From NCBI GenBank assembly GCA_964291295.2, contig OZ219754.1, positions 1,120,001 to 1,184,000 on the forward strand: 64,000 bases of DNA. Reading direction: 5' to 3'. The notes below the pieces were generated by a model, which saw only the letters and a list, made by a program, of their open reading frames with translations, did not search any database and was not told the origin of the DNA. This document shows positions 61,870 through 64,000 of the stretch, piece by piece. Both the position numbers and the translations under genes were made by a program. The DNA is from an uncultured Candidatus Binatia bacterium. GTDB lineage: Bacteria > Desulfobacterota > Binatia > UBA9968 > JAJDTQ01. Each line of letters begins with the position of its first letter. The first letter of the stretch is position 1.

Positions 61870-62081
61870 AGGGGCGTCCGCACGCGCGCCGGTTTCCAGG
61901 CAGCGGTCTCGTCCTCTCCATGGGGGGCGATGAAGACTGTCGGCGGACCGGCCGACCGGGGCTGATGAGGCACGGTGCGGATACCCGATGCGGCGAGCCT
62001 GGCGGTTGCCGTCTCCACCGTCTCCTTTTCCCGTGCCGCCGCCTGTTGGATACGTGGACAAGCGTTGCCACGGTGTATTCG

Positions 62082-62110
62082 TTGCCGCAATGTATCGCGT
62101 GAGATACAAT
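62082..62110 (+). promoter_or_regulatory. Sigma70 promoter with embedded operator for the toxin-antitoxin pair
   Basis: TTGCCG-N17-TACAAT overlapping the inverted repeat TGTATC-N6-GATACA. The GTG start is 6 nt after the -10 box, suggesting a leaderless mRNA. Confidence 0.65.
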
Positions 62111-62116
62111 TGACCC

Positions 62117-62411
62117 GTGATGGAAGTCCGTCAGACCGAAGCCCATCACGGATGGTTCCGGAGGCTCCGGACAGGCGGGCGAGGTCGCGGATTCTCATCC
62201 GAATCAAACGACTGTCGGAGGGCACGTGCGCCCGGTGGGCGGAGGCGTCTCGGAACTTCGGATCGACCATGGACCGGGATATCGCGTCTATTTCCTTGTC
62301 CATCAAGGAAAGATCGTACTGTTGTACGGTGGTGACAAGAGCAGCCAGCGGCAGGACATCGAAAGGGCCCGCAGTCTGGCGCAGGGGTTGGTAAAAGGAG
62401 GGAACTCATGA
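62117..62411 (+). pseudogene. RelE/ParE-family addiction-module toxin, frameshifted
   Basis: MEVRQT...WFRRLR / DRRARSRILIRIKRL / VGGGVSELRIDHGPGYRVY...GGDKSSQRQDI lie in three frames. Confidence 0.88.
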
Positions 62412-62857
62412 AGGGATCTCGAAGACAGGCCGCTGCCGGCAGGACGCAGACGCGTCCGTGGGACCCCGCCGACTACCTGGGGGACGTGAGCGATGTCGTG
62501 GCGTATCTGGAAGCCGCGTTCGAGGACGGCGATCCGGGCGTGATCGCCGGAGCGCTTGGCGACGTGGCCCGCTCCAGGGGAATGACCGCTGTCGCGGCCA
62601 AGTCCGGATTGGGCAGAGAGAGCCTGTACAAGGCACTCTCGCGCGACGGGAACCCGAGCTTCGTGACCGTGCTCAAGGTTCTGGATGCCCTGGGTCTGCG
62701 CCTTCGCCCATCGGTGAGCGGTCCGGCAACGGCCGTGCCGGTAAGGGTTGGGGAAGAGGGATGGAGCGGTGGGTTCACGCCGCCACGTACCAACCTTTAT
62801 GTGCTGAGCGGAGACTCGATTTCGCGCTTGACGATGCGTGCGTCCGACTATCGATAG
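62408..62857 (+). CDS. Addiction-module antidote protein (HTH antitoxin)
   Basis: WDPADYL, ALGDVARSRGMT.VA, GRESLYKALS..GNP.F.TVLKV; atypical C-terminal extension. Confidence 0.9.
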   Translation: MKGSRRQAAAGRTQTRPWDPADYLGDVSDVVAYLEAAFEDGDPGVIAGALGDVARSRGMTAVAAKSGLGRESLYKALSRDGNPSFVTVLKVLDALGLRLRPSVSGPATAVPVRVGEEGWSGGFTPPRTNLYVLSGDSISRLTMRASDYR

Positions 62858-62888
62858 TGGGTTCCCGAAGACCGACGAGGTCGAAGCG

Positions 62889-63503
62889 ATGAAAGGTGCA
62901 GAGTATGTGAAGCTGATCGCCGATGCCCGAGCCTTTCGGCAGTCTGCTTGGTTGATCGAGCGCGAGATAGACCGGTTGCAGGTCAGGCAGGGGGATCTTT
63001 CGCCGGTCGGGGGTTCGACTGGATGGCCGTCGCACAGCGTATGGGAAGCCCTGAAGACGGCAAGTCACTTCAACCTGTCGATTTCCCTGGAACTCCGGTT
63101 GAAGTGTTTGCTCCGTCTGCACGACATCTTGCCTTTGCAGGGTCCTTCCGGGCATTGCCTCGCCAAGCTTTACTACCAGTTCGACAATCATGGCAGTTCC
63201 ACGAAAGCCAAATTGGAGGAGATCTTCCGGACGGTGAACCGCCCCTTCACGCTGGTGGCGTTCTTGAGTACAGACATCCCGGACATCCCTGAAGGTCCTC
63301 GTGAAAGAAGGGTGGAGACATTGGGGGATGTCCTTGCCTACATGGATGAAGACGCACAGTTGTGGAGAAAGAGATACTCATGGGAACATGCTGCCAGCAG
63401 AAAATGGCAGTATTACATTGACGATCTGGAGGCCTTTTTCGAGTTCCTGGACAAGACGGAAAGCCTTGCCACGGAGATGGCGCGACAGCGCGGAATCGTA
63501 TGA
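62889..63503 (+). CDS. Hypothetical protein, probable HEPN-like domain
   Basis: SLELRLKCLL...GHCLAKLY...RY pattern typical of HEPN helices. Confidence 0.5.
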   Translation: MKGAEYVKLIADARAFRQSAWLIEREIDRLQVRQGDLSPVGGSTGWPSHSVWEALKTASHFNLSISLELRLKCLLRLHDILPLQGPSGHCLAKLYYQFDNHGSSTKAKLEEIFRTVNRPFTLVAFLSTDIPDIPEGPRERRVETLGDVLAYMDEDAQLWRKRYSWEHAASRKWQYYIDDLEAFFEFLDKTESLATEMARQRGIV

Positions 63504-63548
63504 TGGCCGCGTACTGAGAGCGTACGACCATCACCCTGCCCTCCTTTG

Positions 63549-64000
63549 TTACGGCACAATTCCCACCAACACGAGAGGAACCGCAGGGACACTTCGCCCT
63601 TGTCGAATCACGTTGAGCAGGTCACGTTCGTAGTACGGCACCCCGCTGGACATTTCACGCTCCAGTTCCTTCATCGGTAACACTTCAATCCCCACATCAA
63701 TAACATCCGACACGTAGAAACTCAGGTGCTTGACGAACAAATCGTGAGCGACAAAGGCATATTTCCCGAACTGAATCTCAACGGCGACCCTGTCCTTCAC
63801 GAAGTCCGTCTGGTTGTATGACCTGATAGGAACAAGACCCGCAGCTTCGATCCGTTTTCGCTGCTCGTCTCCCGGCAGATCATGAATGTCGCGTAGCAAC
63901 TTTTCGTCGCTGGTCACCCAGAATGTCCGGTGTCTCTCACTCCATCCCCGGTTCTCCAGGCCGGATTTGAACGCCTTGTTCATATCCGCTGGGGAATAGA
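63549..64000 (-). CDS. BglII/BstYI-family type II restriction endonuclease, 5'-partial
   Basis: Frame is open to the window edge (YSPADMNKAF); NQTDFVKDRVAVEIQFGKY, IDVGIEVLP, MSSG. Confidence 0.88.
   Translation of the reverse strand, partial: YSPADMNKAFKSGLENRGWSERHRTFWVTSDEKLLRDIHDLPGDEQRKRIEAAGLVPIRSYNQTDFVKDRVAVEIQFGKYAFVAHDLFVKHLSFYVSDVIDVGIEVLPMKELEREMSSGVPYYERDLLNVIRQGRSVPAVPLVLVGIVP

Overview
GC-rich bacterial window, mostly catabolic and transport genes, broken up by lower-GC accessory islets and many gene remnants. The gene style recalls host-associated (e.g. sponge-symbiont) deltaproteobacteria-like genomes, but that is inference only. Intact modules: (1) a decarboxylase-like / ferritin-like diiron / crotonase / UbiD / TauE operon; (2) an sthA-like transhydrogenase; (3) two back-to-back branched-chain amino-acid-type ABC transporters; (4) an enamidase-like amidohydrolase; (5) an LLM oxidoreductase-M20-apaG run; (6) a TbpB-like surface lipoprotein; (7) a bicupin / EutA-like ATPase / Mo-hydroxylase operon with no eutBC; (8) dxs, ispH and hpnCDE; (9) an AAA_14/DUF4143 ATPase translationally coupled to a 1375-aa NACHT-like NTPase with a C-terminal PD-(D/E)XK nuclease, behind a perfect 16-bp inverted repeat; (10) an MBL hydrolase, a second decarboxylase-like gene, Rieske dioxygenase alpha/beta, MFS, modABC, amidase and a TrkA-domain K+ channel; (11) a toxin-antitoxin / HEPN-like / BglII-type nuclease islet at the right edge. 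Decayed DNA includes a full IS1634-family element and a second IS1634 end, a LanM-like/TolC deletion junction, frameshifted ParA, Clp-fold protease and toxin genes, and integrase and XRE fragments. No rRNA, tRNA, CRISPR array or reverse transcriptase was seen. The best candidates for an undescribed system are the NACHT-nuclease + ATPase pair, the cupin-EutA-like-molybdoenzyme operon and the ferritin-like/crotonase/UbiD operon. All family calls come from manual motif recognition; no database searches were run.
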